DNA from: a bacterium
GTDB lineage: Bacteria; Patescibacteriota; Dojkabacteria; JAKAPS01; JAJZLI01
Reading direction: 5' to 3'
NCBI GenBank assembly: GCA_021816845.1
Contig: JAKAWT010000001.1
Coordinates: 326,087 to 390,086, forward strand
Length of the DNA: 64,000 nt
A program made the translations under genes and the position numbers. The notes below the pieces were generated by a model that did no database searches, was not told where the DNA came from, and saw only the letters and a program-made list of their open reading frames with translations. Below, one piece after another: positions 1 through 12,019 of this stretch. Position 1 is the stretch's first letter. Each line of letters opens with the position of its first letter.

Positions 1-56
1 TCTAAGAAGATAGTCTATACTTTCTAGAGTTTTTATTCTAAAGGTTAGGGGTGATC

Positions 57-719
57 TTAAGATTTTTCAGGTTCTTCTTCCTCTCCTTCTTTCTTCTCAT
101 TTATAACCTCTACATCTTCAGGAGATACCTCTTCAACCTCTTCTTCTATTTCTTCTTCCTGAGGAGGGGAGATTGTTATAATAGCACCTTCTAATTCCTC
201 TTCTTCCATAGGGGCAAATTCAACTCCTTCTGGTAATTTAATATCCTTCAAAAGTATGGAATCTCCAATTTCAAGTAATCCAGAAATATCTACGACTATG
301 GAATTAGGTATGTCTTGAGGTAGAGAAATTATTTCAATTTCCTGTATATTTTCGAAAGGTACTCCTCCATATGTTTTTACAGCAGGAGCTTCTCCTACAA
401 TTTCAATAGGTACGTTAGCATTAATCTTTTCTGTCAGTGAGACTTCATGAAAAGAGACACTTAAAAGTTCAGATGAAAGAGGGTGTGTTTGAACTTCTTG
501 GATTAATACATTATGTGTTTTATCAGGGAGTTCTAGTTCAATTATTCCAGTGTAATGAGCCTCCTTATAAGTATGGACAAACTCTTTCTTATCAATTTCA
601 ATGTTTGTGTTCCCTGATATACCAAATACAGAGGCTGGGATAAGGTCCTTTTTTCTTAAACTTTTAACAGCCTTTTTTGTGAGAATTCTTTTTTGTGCCT
701 TGAGTTTGATTTTTTGCAT
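57..719 (-). CDS. rplY: 50S ribosomal protein L25 / general stress protein Ctc, with an acidic E-rich C-terminal tail
   Basis: The N-terminal MQKIKLKAQKR...ASVFG and the central beta-barrel region are typical of the L25/Ctc family. The C-terminus is a long poly-Glu low-complexity extension. Confidence 0.8.
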   Translation of the reverse strand: MQKIKLKAQKRILTKKAVKSLRKKDLIPASVFGISGNTNIEIDKKEFVHTYKEAHYTGIIELELPDKTHNVLIQEVQTHPLSSELLSVSFHEVSLTEKINANVPIEIVGEAPAVKTYGGVPFENIQEIEIISLPQDIPNSIVVDISGLLEIGDSILLKDIKLPEGVEFAPMEEEELEGAIITISPPQEEEIEEEVEEVSPEDVEVINEKKEGEEEEPEKS

Positions 720-767
720 ACGGGAAAGATAATAGCATAATTATATGTAGGTTTTCAATCAACGTAT

Positions 768-1103
768 CTAGCTATCAAATGGTCCATCTTCGATAATGCT
801 ATGTTTGGCCTCCACTATATTAATTTTAAATACTCTTACTAATTCTTTAAAAAATTCTTCATAACCTTCAATATTATCTTTTGCAAATAACACTAACTTC
901 AAAAAATCATCTTCTGGAACAGAGTCTTTATTTTCTAAATCAACAGCATTTTTAATATTAAAAAGATAATATTTTATAAAGAGCCTTCTTAATTCTAGCA
1001 AAAGGTTTTCTTGGTAATCTGGAGGAAGATTATCAAAATTAAACTCTTTGTAGAGATCTATATCTCCTGTATAGTTTTTCTCAAATAACTTATCTATATC
1101 CAT
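768..1103 (-). CDS. hypothetical protein
   Basis: A 111-aa ORF lying immediately downstream of valS on the same strand, probably co-transcribed. No motif was recognised. Confidence 0.4.
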   Translation of the reverse strand: MDIDKLFEKNYTGDIDLYKEFNFDNLPPDYQENLLLELRRLFIKYYLFNIKNAVDLENKDSVPEDDFLKLVLFAKDNIEGYEEFFKELVRVFKINIVEAKHSIIEDGPFDS

Positions 1104-1105
1104 AG

Positions 1106-3388
<2,283 letters not shown>

Positions 3389-3402
3389 ATCTTTTGAATT
3401 TA

Positions 3403-3435
3403 GATTCTTGAATCTTGATTCTTGGATCTTGATCC
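3403..3435. repeat. degenerate copy of the same palindromic mini-repeat family (GATTCttGAATC ... GGATCttGATCC), intergenic, just upstream of the valS start
   Basis: Read directly from the sequence. Confidence 0.7.
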
Positions 3436-3472
3436 TTTATTATACCAAACTGTTATATTAAACACACTGAAT

Positions 3473-4309
3473 TTACTCAAAAAGTGTTTTTAATCTTTCA
3501 AGATTTTTCCTAAAATCAGGTTCCCTTCCAGGATCAAAAAATTTTGATTTTTTACCTTGAATATATTTTTTTAAAAAATATTTGTATAAATATTTGTATT
3601 CATCCATATCTTTAGTAGTAGGAATCCTTTTTTGTGTATACAAAAATACAAATCTTTTGTCTGTCTGATGAGGGATTTCTATGGTATCTATTACACCTTC
3701 TCTTATAAGTTGCATTAGGTTAAATGTCACATACGATTGCATTAATCTTAATGCAGTCATTTTGATTCTCAAAGACATATCGTCTCTATAACTAGGAGTA
3801 TCAACATCTCTTTGATCAAATTTAAAGTAATCCTCTTCTCCCATCGCTTCATCAAGTTTATTGTTGAAATATTTCATTCTATATTTTTCTTTATTTATAA
3901 GATTTCTAGCCTCTTTCCCTCCATCATGTAGAAAAGTATCAAATTTAACCTTCATCAACCTAAATGTTTGATAATCTCCTGATATAAATTCTGCATCAAT
4001 AACTCTAGATGGATAGTTGTTATTCCTATAAGAAGGTTCTGCAATAACTTCTTCCCGGTGGTAATTATAGAAATCTGAATCTAAATACTTAATCTCCACT
4101 ACTTTGAATATACCAGGGATTTTTGTAAGCTCTTCTCTTGTCGTCTGTGCTTTTGTTTCAAAACTACTTGATTCTACGACTAATGCAATTTCCAGAGGTG
4201 ATGTCTTCCCGGGATTTTCCCTCCTTGCATCTGAGCCAACAGTCATGATAGCAATACCTTTGCCTAAATCAAGAAAATTTTCTTTATAAATGCATCCATA
4301 CTCTGGCAT
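3473..4309 (-). CDS. hypothetical protein with a GlnD-like nucleotidyltransferase-fold signature (possibly degenerate)
   Basis: The segment VGSDARRENPGKTSPLEIALVV resembles the minimal NTase G-S...[DE]h[DE]h motif, but the first acidic residue is replaced (SPLEI instead of SDlDl). The assignment is weak. Confidence 0.3.
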   Translation of the reverse strand: MPEYGCIYKENFLDLGKGIAIMTVGSDARRENPGKTSPLEIALVVESSSFETKAQTTREELTKIPGIFKVVEIKYLDSDFYNYHREEVIAEPSYRNNNYPSRVIDAEFISGDYQTFRLMKVKFDTFLHDGGKEARNLINKEKYRMKYFNNKLDEAMGEEDYFKFDQRDVDTPSYRDDMSLRIKMTALRLMQSYVTFNLMQLIREGVIDTIEIPHQTDKRFVFLYTQKRIPTTKDMDEYKYLYKYFLKKYIQGKKSKFFDPGREPDFRKNLERLKTLFE

Positions 4310-4473
4310 AAGAGTGGAATTATATCATATAATCCTAAATTGAAATATACCTAATTTTATAGATGATAATAGGGAATATGGCAACATATCATTGATTGAT
4401 GGTGCCGTAGGTTCTAGAGCTTGTAGGAAGCTTTAAAAATTTTGATGTTATAAGTGAGATATAACATTATCTT

Positions 4474-4527
4474 GGATTAAGATTCTTGGATCCAGATTCT
4501 TAGATCCAGATCCTTGGGGCTAGACTC
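4474..4527. repeat. palindromic mini-repeat, about 4 units (GGATTaaGATTC, GGATCCAGATTC, GATCCAGATCC, GGGCTAGACTC) with a 15-nt period, at the 3' end of uppP and in the downstream intergenic region
   Basis: Read directly from the sequence. Confidence 0.8.
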
Positions 4528-5353
4528 TTGTAAAAATAAATACACTTAATATTCCAATTATGACAGAATAATAAGCATATGGTTTTAGAGTTCCTTTTTC
4601 AAAGTATTTCATTAAGAATTTAACTGCAAAATATGCAGTTATACCTGATATAACTCCTCCAAGAAGTGCATACCAAAATGGAGTTAAAGAGTGAGTAGAA
4701 AATAAAGAAGGAACCTCTAAAAGTCCTGCTGCCAGAATAACTGGAGTTGCCAGCATGAAAGAGAAATAAGCAGCGTCTTCGTGATCTAGGTCATATAAAA
4801 GTCCTGCAACCATACTAGCTCCAGATCTTGAGATTCCTGGAATTAACGCAAATATTTGAGATATCCCTATAATAATAGTATCAAGAAAACTTAAATCTTC
4901 TAATTTCTTTTTTAGTTTTTTCTTTTTAATTAACATTTCACCTCCATAAAGGATGAATCCATTGACTATTAGAAATATTGCAGCAATTAGAGGATTCTCG
5001 AATATCTTCTTTACAAATGATGAGAATATAAGACCAATTATTCCTACAGGTATTGTTGCTATAACAAGTTTCCATGCAAAATTTTCTGTTTTATCATTTG
5101 ACAGTTTCCCATTGACTGCAGTTCTAAAAAGAGCAAAAACAATTTCTTTCCATTCTTTATAGAAGAATACTACTAATGCTATAGCAGTACCCACATGTAA
5201 AGATACAATGAACGGAAGAAAAAAAGAGGAACTTTTAGTTACATGTATATTAAGTAGGGATTGTATTATTACAATATGTCCAAGACTGCTTATAGGAAAA
5301 AGCTCCGATATGCCTTGAGAAACACTGATTATGACATCATTTAATATATTCAT
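4520..5353 (-). CDS. uppP: undecaprenyl-diphosphatase (BacA/UppP)
   Basis: The N-terminal QGISELFPISSLGH motif and the multi-TM architecture with a second conserved SRSGASM region are characteristic of UppP. Confidence 0.85.
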   Translation of the reverse strand: MNILNDVIISVSQGISELFPISSLGHIVIIQSLLNIHVTKSSSFFLPFIVSLHVGTAIALVVFFYKEWKEIVFALFRTAVNGKLSNDKTENFAWKLVIATIPVGIIGLIFSSFVKKIFENPLIAAIFLIVNGFILYGGEMLIKKKKLKKKLEDLSFLDTIIIGISQIFALIPGISRSGASMVAGLLYDLDHEDAAYFSFMLATPVILAAGLLEVPSLFSTHSLTPFWYALLGGVISGITAYFAVKFLMKYFEKGTLKPYAYYSVIIGILSVFIFTRV

Positions 5354-5356
5354 AGA

Positions 5357-5647
5357 TTGTATCTGTTAAATATTTTTGTTAACATTAAATCATTACTTTA
5401 TATCATAATATCAATGAATAAAAAATCTCTGAGGCCAACCCCCATTGTTATTTTCCTTGCTGTAGTTTTTTTGGTTATAACTATCTATTACCTTATTCCT
5501 GGATTTAATCATTTACTAGTTTTCAATAATCACCCTCAAACATATCAACTTAAGCACGCATTATTATTTTTCATACTTCTTATAATTGATATTGTTTTTG
5601 GTAGAATTCTGATTAATAGGGATAAAGAAACAAAAATCCCTCAATAG
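5357..5647 (+). CDS. small hydrophobic membrane protein, hypothetical
   Basis: A 96-aa ORF with two predicted TM helices. No homology was recognised. Confidence 0.3.
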   Translation: MYLLNIFVNIKSLLYIIISMNKKSLRPTPIVIFLAVVFLVITIYYLIPGFNHLLVFNNHPQTYQLKHALLFFILLIIDIVFGRILINRDKETKIPQ

Positions 5648-5677
5648 ATCTAAGTTGGGATTTTTTAAAATAAGACA

Positions 5678-6199
5678 TTATCTACATAAAGGAACCAGTT
5701 TATCAGTTATTCCAGTTTGTGGTGATGAAAAACAGTATGTATTATTAAGTTCCCAAGTATTATTTTTATTTACAAGATCAAATTCCATTATATTTGTTTG
5801 ATTCTGATTTTCTACTTTTAAAATAGCTATACTTGGTAATTCAGTAACTATGCTTACTTGTGGATTTTCTAAAGCTCCAGATTCCCTTGTGATAGGATTA
5901 ACGTGGTGTACATTTTTTATATAAGTTTGCAGTGTAGTTCTAAACTGAGGGGTTATTGGACAAGAGGTATTTTGTATACAGGTATTATATTTTGATAAAA
6001 TACCTTCTGTTACCAATATTGGATTTTGATTTGGAATAGATCCAGTTTCTTTTTTTGAAATGGAAGAAGCAGTACTATTTGAGTTTTTATAAACTACAAC
6101 TTTAGGTTTTTGTAAAACATTTTGTGCAAACAACAACACAATAATTACCGCTAAAACGATTATTATTATATCTTTTCTGTAAAAATTGATTTTATTCAT
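5678..6199 (-). CDS. hypothetical membrane-anchored or secreted protein
   Basis: It has an N-terminal TM/signal segment (IIIIVLAVIIVLLFA) followed by a polar domain. Confidence 0.4.
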   Translation of the reverse strand: MNKINFYRKDIIIIVLAVIIVLLFAQNVLQKPKVVVYKNSNSTASSISKKETGSIPNQNPILVTEGILSKYNTCIQNTSCPITPQFRTTLQTYIKNVHHVNPITRESGALENPQVSIVTELPSIAILKVENQNQTNIMEFDLVNKNNTWELNNTYCFSSPQTGITDKLVPLCR

Positions 6200-6242
6200 A
6201 ATTATCGATCGGGACTATTCTATCATATTTCTTATAAAAATT

Positions 6243-7220
6243 TTATCTTCCCAGAATTAGGAATTTAAGTAATCTTTGTGTATAAAGTGTTTTAATACCT
6301 AAAAAAACTACAAAATTTACTATAAAATTATGATTCTTAAAATAATGTTTTCTGTAGAATATCCACATAGATTTATAACCTGCCATAATCCATCTTTCCT
6401 TAGTTTTTCTGTCTGCTTTAGTATACTTCCTACTTGATTCTTTTATACCTCCAGAAGCTCCTTTATAGTGAAGTATTGATGTTTCTGGATAATACATAAT
6501 CCTAAAATCCATTTTTTTTAATCTTAAACATAGATCTATGTCCTCTCCCATGGCCCAAAATGTTTCATCAAAAAGACTAGTCTTTAAGAGGTTAGAATCT
6601 TTATTGTCTGCATTTAATTTTTCAATTGAAGACCTTCTTATGTACATAAATGCTCCTGTACAAGAATCTATCTCTATTTCTTTGTTAGTTGGAGAATCTA
6701 TATTGTATCCTCTGAATATTGGGGATATTTTAGATAAATGGAATAATTTCCCAAGACTATTTTTTATTGAAGGGAATTGTCTCATACATGCTTTATCTAG
6801 TGTACCATCGGGTAGTAATACTTTACATGTGGAAAGAGCAACATCTTTGTGTTTCTCCATATAGTTATACATTATATCGCAAGTATCAAGAGATAATTTT
6901 GTATCTGGATTTAGAACTAAGATATATGTACCTTTTGATAATCTATATCCTTGATTATTTGCCTTGGAGAACCCTACATTATCTTCATTTTTTATGTATA
7001 TAGAGTGCGGAATGATGGGTTGATGGTTTTTTTCAAATATTTTGTATGTATCATCATTCCCGTTGTCAATTACTATAACTTCAATCTTTAATTTTGTTGT
7101 CTTTATTATTTTACCAAGTTCTCTAATGAGGTCTGAAAGGAGATTCTTAACATTATACGTTACTATGATGATTGATAGGTCGATTGATTTTTCTGTATTT
7201 CTAATACGAGATTCCTCCAT
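6243..7220 (-). CDS. glycosyltransferase family 2
   Basis: The N-terminal LSIIIVTYN...DNGNDDT segment is a GT-A fold with a DXD-type signature. Confidence 0.75.
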   Translation of the reverse strand: MEESRIRNTEKSIDLSIIIVTYNVKNLLSDLIRELGKIIKTTKLKIEVIVIDNGNDDTYKIFEKNHQPIIPHSIYIKNEDNVGFSKANNQGYRLSKGTYILVLNPDTKLSLDTCDIMYNYMEKHKDVALSTCKVLLPDGTLDKACMRQFPSIKNSLGKLFHLSKISPIFRGYNIDSPTNKEIEIDSCTGAFMYIRRSSIEKLNADNKDSNLLKTSLFDETFWAMGEDIDLCLRLKKMDFRIMYYPETSILHYKGASGGIKESSRKYTKADRKTKERWIMAGYKSMWIFYRKHYFKNHNFIVNFVVFLGIKTLYTQRLLKFLILGR

Positions 7221-7244
7221 AATTCTAGATTATTATATCAGAAA

Positions 7245-7287
7245 TCAAGATATGCAATATCAAGATATGCAATATCAAGATATACAG
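7245..7287. repeat. 15-bp tandem direct repeat x3 (tcaagatatgcaata), between the divergent GT2 and wzm genes
   Basis: The sequence caagatatgcaatat caagatatgcaatat caagatatacag was read directly. Confidence 0.8.
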
Positions 7288-7440
7288 TGATAATAATCAA
7301 AAATTCTAAAACAGAAACTAGTCTCACTAGGAATAATTAATATAGTAGAAAATTTTAAAGTTTTTGCTAAACAATTACTCTGTAGTCTAGTCCCTGGATA
7401 AATTTTCCTTTTAAATCAAATTTATCGTATAATAAAACCT

Positions 7441-8202
7441 ATGAACCAAAATGATAAGGATCTTCTCTTTGAATTTGTAAAAACAGATTTTACGCTTCGC
7501 TATAACAATTCTGTCTTAGGATTTTTATGGGTAGTTATAAAGCCATTATTGATGTTTACAGTTATGTATATTGTATTCTCAATTTTACTTGGAAATTCTG
7601 TAAAATATTATGCTCTCTATCTTTTAATAGGTATTATGATGTATAACTTTTTTAATGAAGTGACTGTAAATGGTCTAAATTCTTTGGTTCAAAAAAAAGA
7701 TGTTATGCTAAAAGTCAATTTTAAAAGACATTTAGCCGTTATAGGAGCAACTTTGATTGCAGTCATAAATCTGTTTTTTAATCTTCTGGTTGCTATAGTA
7801 TTTTTTGCATACAATAGAGTCTTACCAAACTTTCAAGATTTAGCAGTGTTTCTATTTTGTATAATAGCTTTGTACATACTTGGTCTTGCAGTTGCTTTTC
7901 TAATCAGTATTCTATATGTTAAATTTAGAGATTTACAACATATATGGGAAATATTGATGCTTGTAGTTTTTTATCTTACACCAATAGTGTATCCAATATC
8001 TCTAATAAAAGGTAAGGCTCAGTATCTTATTGATGCAAATCCATTAACTCATATATTAAATTTTGCAAGAGAAGCTTTAATTTATAATAAATTCTTATCT
8101 GTAGAGTCAACATTAGTTATATTCGTATTGTCTCTAATTTTTCTTTATATAACCTATCATTTTTTTGAAAGGAGTATTAAAAAGATTGCAGAAGAATTTT
8201 AA
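7441..8202 (+). CDS. ABC-2 type polysaccharide/teichoic-acid export permease (Wzm/TagG-like)
   Basis: The N-terminal FTLRYNNSVLGFLWVVIKPLLMF segment is the typical ABC-2 permease signature, and the protein has 6 TM helices. Confidence 0.8.
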   Translation: MNQNDKDLLFEFVKTDFTLRYNNSVLGFLWVVIKPLLMFTVMYIVFSILLGNSVKYYALYLLIGIMMYNFFNEVTVNGLNSLVQKKDVMLKVNFKRHLAVIGATLIAVINLFFNLLVAIVFFAYNRVLPNFQDLAVFLFCIIALYILGLAVAFLISILYVKFRDLQHIWEILMLVVFYLTPIVYPISLIKGKAQYLIDANPLTHILNFAREALIYNKFLSVESTLVIFVLSLIFLYITYHFFERSIKKIAEEF

Positions 8203-8224
8203 CTCTGGAGTTTTAACTCTGGAG
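8197..8224. repeat. 14-nt direct tandem repeat x2 (ttttaactctggag) spanning the wzm stop codon and the wzt upstream region
   Basis: Read directly from the sequence. Confidence 0.7.
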
Positions 8225-8239
8225 CTTTAAATAAATATT

Positions 8240-9424
8240 ATGGAAGACAGTGTAATAGAAGTAAAAAATATAGAAAAAGAATTTAAAATTCCTCAAGAGA
8301 GGAAGACGCAGCTTAAAGAGCATTTTATACACCCATTCAAGAAGACTAAATACATTGAATTCAAAGCTCTATCAGACATATCCTTTGACGTTAAGAAAGG
8401 AGAATTTTTAGGGATTATAGGGAGGAATGGTTCTGGGAAGAGTACACTTTTAAAAATAATAGCTGGGATTTATCTTCCAGATAAAGGTACAGTTAAAACT
8501 AAAGGTAAACTTATCCCTTATCTAGAATTAGGTGTTGGCTTTAATATGGAACTTACTGCAATTGAGAATATATATCTGAATGGAGTAATTTTAGGTATAC
8601 CTAAAGAAGAGCTTAAAAGAACATATAAATCTATTATTGAATTTGCAGGAGTAGAAGGATTTGAAGAGACACAACTTAAAAATTATTCTTCTGGAATGCA
8701 AGTAAGACTAGCTTTCGCAATAGCAATACAGGCAAAAGGAGACGTATATTTATTGGATGAAGTCTTAGCAGTAGGGGATAATGCTTTCCAACAAAAATGT
8801 TTTAACACTTTCAGAGAGTTTAAAAAAGAGGGGAAAACAATAATTTTTGTCTCACATGCGATGGGGGCCATAGAAGAATTTTGTGATAGAGTAATACTTA
8901 TTGATAAAGGAAAGATACAGAAAGAAGGGAATCCTTTTGATGTTGTTAAAAAATATGGGGATATGTCAATTCTAAATGATGCAAAGAGAAAAGGTATAGA
9001 GTCAAATGATAGTATTGGACTCCAATCTGTAAAACTTTTGGATTCTAAGATGTCAGAAAATATCAGTTTTAACTTTGAGGATAAACTTACGATTAGACTT
9101 ATATATAAACTTAATGATGAGGTACAAGATCCCATATTTACAATAGTTTTAACAAGAAACGATGGTGTGGTTGTAGCATCCACAACAAGTAAGGATTCAA
9201 AATCTAAAATAGGGGCAATTTCAGGCGAAGGATATGTTGATTTTACCATTGATAAAATTAAATTATTTGCTGGTGTGTATTCTCTTACAGCCGTTTTATA
9301 TAACAGGGATTTTGAAAACCCTATATCTTCACTAGATAATACTCCTCCATTTAATATATTCTCAACAAGAGATACTCAGGTTGGTATTTTTGAGATTGAT
9401 GGAGAGTGGAAATCTCAAGCTTAA
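8240..9424 (+). CDS. ABC transporter ATP-binding protein (Wzt/TagH-like) with a C-terminal extra domain
   Basis: It has a Walker A (GRNGSGKST), an ABC signature (YSSGMQVRLAFA) and a Walker B (VYLLDEVLAVGD), plus an approximately 150-aa C-terminal domain as in O-antigen Wzt proteins. Confidence 0.85.
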   Translation: MEDSVIEVKNIEKEFKIPQERKTQLKEHFIHPFKKTKYIEFKALSDISFDVKKGEFLGIIGRNGSGKSTLLKIIAGIYLPDKGTVKTKGKLIPYLELGVGFNMELTAIENIYLNGVILGIPKEELKRTYKSIIEFAGVEGFEETQLKNYSSGMQVRLAFAIAIQAKGDVYLLDEVLAVGDNAFQQKCFNTFREFKKEGKTIIFVSHAMGAIEEFCDRVILIDKGKIQKEGNPFDVVKKYGDMSILNDAKRKGIESNDSIGLQSVKLLDSKMSENISFNFEDKLTIRLIYKLNDEVQDPIFTIVLTRNDGVVVASTTSKDSKSKIGAISGEGYVDFTIDKIKLFAGVYSLTAVLYNRDFENPISSLDNTPPFNIFSTRDTQVGIFEIDGEWKSQA

Positions 9425-9537
9425 CATTATAGTAACTTATGATGGATTAGATAAAGTGTCACATATTCATTATATAAATGTGTGAATATGTAACTATTTT
9501 ATTACAGATTTTAATATTAGGATATATCTAAATTTTA

Positions 9538-10344
9538 TCAAGTTTTAAAAAGTAGTATTAAATATGTTTTTGTAAATTTTATGTTTCTTATCATATATAT
9601 AGGGAATTTCAGGGTATCATACATTTTGGCTATATATATAACTTTCCTACTCCTATATTTTCTTAAAAATTTGTATTTATTAATAAAAGAAAGTTTCAGG
9701 TTCATAAAATTGTTTGGATTCCCTCTAAGGTGTATAGACTCTGCACTTCTTATAAAATAATTTTTATACCCAGCCTTTCTTATTTTGACACCTAAGTCTA
9801 AATCCTCATAATATGAGACGTAGGTAGAGTCAAACAACCTACATTTTAAGATTACAGATTTTCTGTATACACATGCTGCTGCACAGCAAGCAAGAATTTC
9901 TTTATTCTCTCTTGGGATTCTTTTTATGTCGTTTGCAGAGAATCCAAAATTTAGATATATCCCACAAGAGTCTATTTTCGTTTTCTGCAGATTTCTATAA
10001 TAAATGCCTTGACAAGATCCAACCATGGGATTTTTATCCATAAATTTTACTATATTCTCCACATAAGATAATGATAGATAGGCATCATGATTAAGTGTAA
10101 GAATATATTCTCCTCGGGCTAGTTTTATACCTTGGTTATTTGCTTTTGAAAACCCTGTATTCTTACTGTTCTCAATTAATGTGAATTTATAATTCATCCT
10201 TGACAGTATTCTCTTTGTACTATCTGTTGATCCATTATCAATAATTATTATTTCTATATTTTTGTAAGTTTGTTTTAGAACCCTTACAAGAGTCTCGCGT
10301 ATATATTTCTCGCTGTTGAATGTTACTAATATTACACTTACCAT
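9538..10344 (-). CDS. glycosyltransferase family 2
   Basis: The VSVILVTFN...IIIDNGSTD segment is a GT-A signature. Confidence 0.75.
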   Translation of the reverse strand: MVSVILVTFNSEKYIRETLVRVLKQTYKNIEIIIIDNGSTDSTKRILSRMNYKFTLIENSKNTGFSKANNQGIKLARGEYILTLNHDAYLSLSYVENIVKFMDKNPMVGSCQGIYYRNLQKTKIDSCGIYLNFGFSANDIKRIPRENKEILACCAAACVYRKSVILKCRLFDSTYVSYYEDLDLGVKIRKAGYKNYFIRSAESIHLRGNPNNFMNLKLSFINKYKFLRKYRSRKVIYIAKMYDTLKFPIYMIRNIKFTKTYLILLFKT

Positions 10345-10486
10345 ATTTTCTATTATATCAGTATTATATAATCTGACTTAATCTTATAGAAATATAGTAT
10401 ATTTGTCCATGTTGGTGGTATAATGTCGATGTTCTTTAAAAATTGAAGACAGAATAAATAACGATATATACAAAAAGGAGTGGAAG

Positions 10487-11878
10487 ATGCGTAGGTTCAC
10501 AGTGTTGGTATTGTTGGTGTTAGTTTCTGTAGTAAGCGTTTTTACTATGCAAGAGTCAGGGAGGATTAGTACAAATTATAAGACCAAGGTAACTACAAAA
10601 AACCTTGATTACAATGATCTCTGTTCAATACAAACGACGATAACTCCCAATGATGCCTCTTGGGGATCAAGTATCAACTTGCAGGCAGTAGATAGATGTC
10701 ACGGTGGATCATTTTCCTTTTTTGAACGTTCAGGAACCAGTGGTCCTTGGACTCCAATAAGAGGTTGGGGAAGTGGAAGCTTAGTTTGGAATACTGGGAT
10801 AAGTAGTGTTAGTGGAAGGATAGAATTTCTTGTCTTTTGGTGGAATAACTCTCCAACGATACAAGAGATCCTAAACTACAATATTAGTCCATGTACCCCC
10901 CAGACAACGAGTCCTACTAGTTTAGGCTATTCAACGCTTGTTGCTTCACCACTCAATGCAATCGTGGGATCTAATGTTACTCTTCAAGCTACTAGTTCAT
11001 GTCCAGACACAATGTTCGCTTTCTTTATGAGGAGAAGTTCTAGTTCACACTGGAATCTGATCCGTAATTGGGGAACTGGGAATTTTGTTTGGAACACATC
11101 TGGTAGTGCAAGTGGCCCGATACAGTTTCTAGCATGGGCTGGTGAAAACAAAGCCTCTTATGCACAATTAGAAACAAACTATACTCTGAGTCCGCGACCT
11201 CCTTCTCAAAAGCCTGTATCTAATCCTGTATCAACGTCACCTCCTTCTGTACCTTTAAGTTGGCATGTTAGCGGGGTGATATATCATTCTCAGATATACA
11301 CTGAAGATTGCGAAACAGCTTCTCTCCAAATGGCATTAAACCATGAGGGAATATACGATTCGCAACCAGCCTTGCTTGGTCTTGAGAATGTACAAGAACA
11401 GGGTCCTGTGATGGATGGATCAACAATCGTAAAGTGGGGAGATCCGTACACATCTTTTGTTGGAAATCCTAATGGAGAGCAACTTACCGCTATACCTACT
11501 GGGTATGGAACCTACTATAGCAATATAGCACGTGTTGCTGCAGCTGTAGGAGGCAATGTAATATGGTCTGGAACTGGACTGACTATCTCTTCAGTGCTTT
11601 CATACATAAAAGAGAATCATCCAGTGATAGCATGGGTGGACGATAACAATAGTGGAGTACTACAATACTCTCCACTGAACTATTGGACCGCCTTTGATGG
11701 TAGGTCTATAGAGTACCCTAGGTATGGCAACGAACACAACGTTTTGGTAGTTGGTGCGACAGCAAATTCAGTGTTGATCTATAATCCTTTAGGGTTTATT
11801 GGACCAGAGTGGATCAGCATTGGAACCTTCGAAAACACTTTTGCAACCTTTGGTAACATGGCAGTGGTGCTGAGCTAA
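10487..11878 (+). CDS. secreted protein with two N-terminal roughly 110-aa tandem repeats and a C-terminal peptidase C39-like (papain-fold) domain
   Basis: There is a signal peptide. Two internal repeats follow the pattern LQA..C..G..FF.R...W..IR.WG.G..WNT. The C-terminal YHSQIYTEDCETASLQMAL ... GNEHNVLVVG matches the C39_2-type Cys/His arrangement. Confidence 0.55.
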   Translation: MRRFTVLVLLVLVSVVSVFTMQESGRISTNYKTKVTTKNLDYNDLCSIQTTITPNDASWGSSINLQAVDRCHGGSFSFFERSGTSGPWTPIRGWGSGSLVWNTGISSVSGRIEFLVFWWNNSPTIQEILNYNISPCTPQTTSPTSLGYSTLVASPLNAIVGSNVTLQATSSCPDTMFAFFMRRSSSSHWNLIRNWGTGNFVWNTSGSASGPIQFLAWAGENKASYAQLETNYTLSPRPPSQKPVSNPVSTSPPSVPLSWHVSGVIYHSQIYTEDCETASLQMALNHEGIYDSQPALLGLENVQEQGPVMDGSTIVKWGDPYTSFVGNPNGEQLTAIPTGYGTYYSNIARVAAAVGGNVIWSGTGLTISSVLSYIKENHPVIAWVDDNNSGVLQYSPLNYWTAFDGRSIEYPRYGNEHNVLVVGATANSVLIYNPLGFIGPEWISIGTFENTFATFGNMAVVLS

Positions 11879-12019
11879 AGATAAGTGTCTTTGAAATCAA
11901 GATTTGTGAATACATCCAACTACAAAAGGAGAAGTCTGTCTTCAAAAAACTCAGCTAGTTCTGGTTGAAGTTAGTCGTGCAATCACGAATCTCTTTTCAG
12001 GTTGGCTGAAGGAAAAAAG

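Noticed and set aside
437-643. Short opposite-strand ORFs nested inside long genes (for example 437-643, 1572-1802, 1917-2144, 8683-9249, 15535-15765, 30713-31108, 42454-42843, 63145-63363)
   Set aside because: They are fully embedded antisense in well-supported CDSs, have low-complexity or unrealistic composition, and are typical of spurious ORFs in AT-rich DNA.
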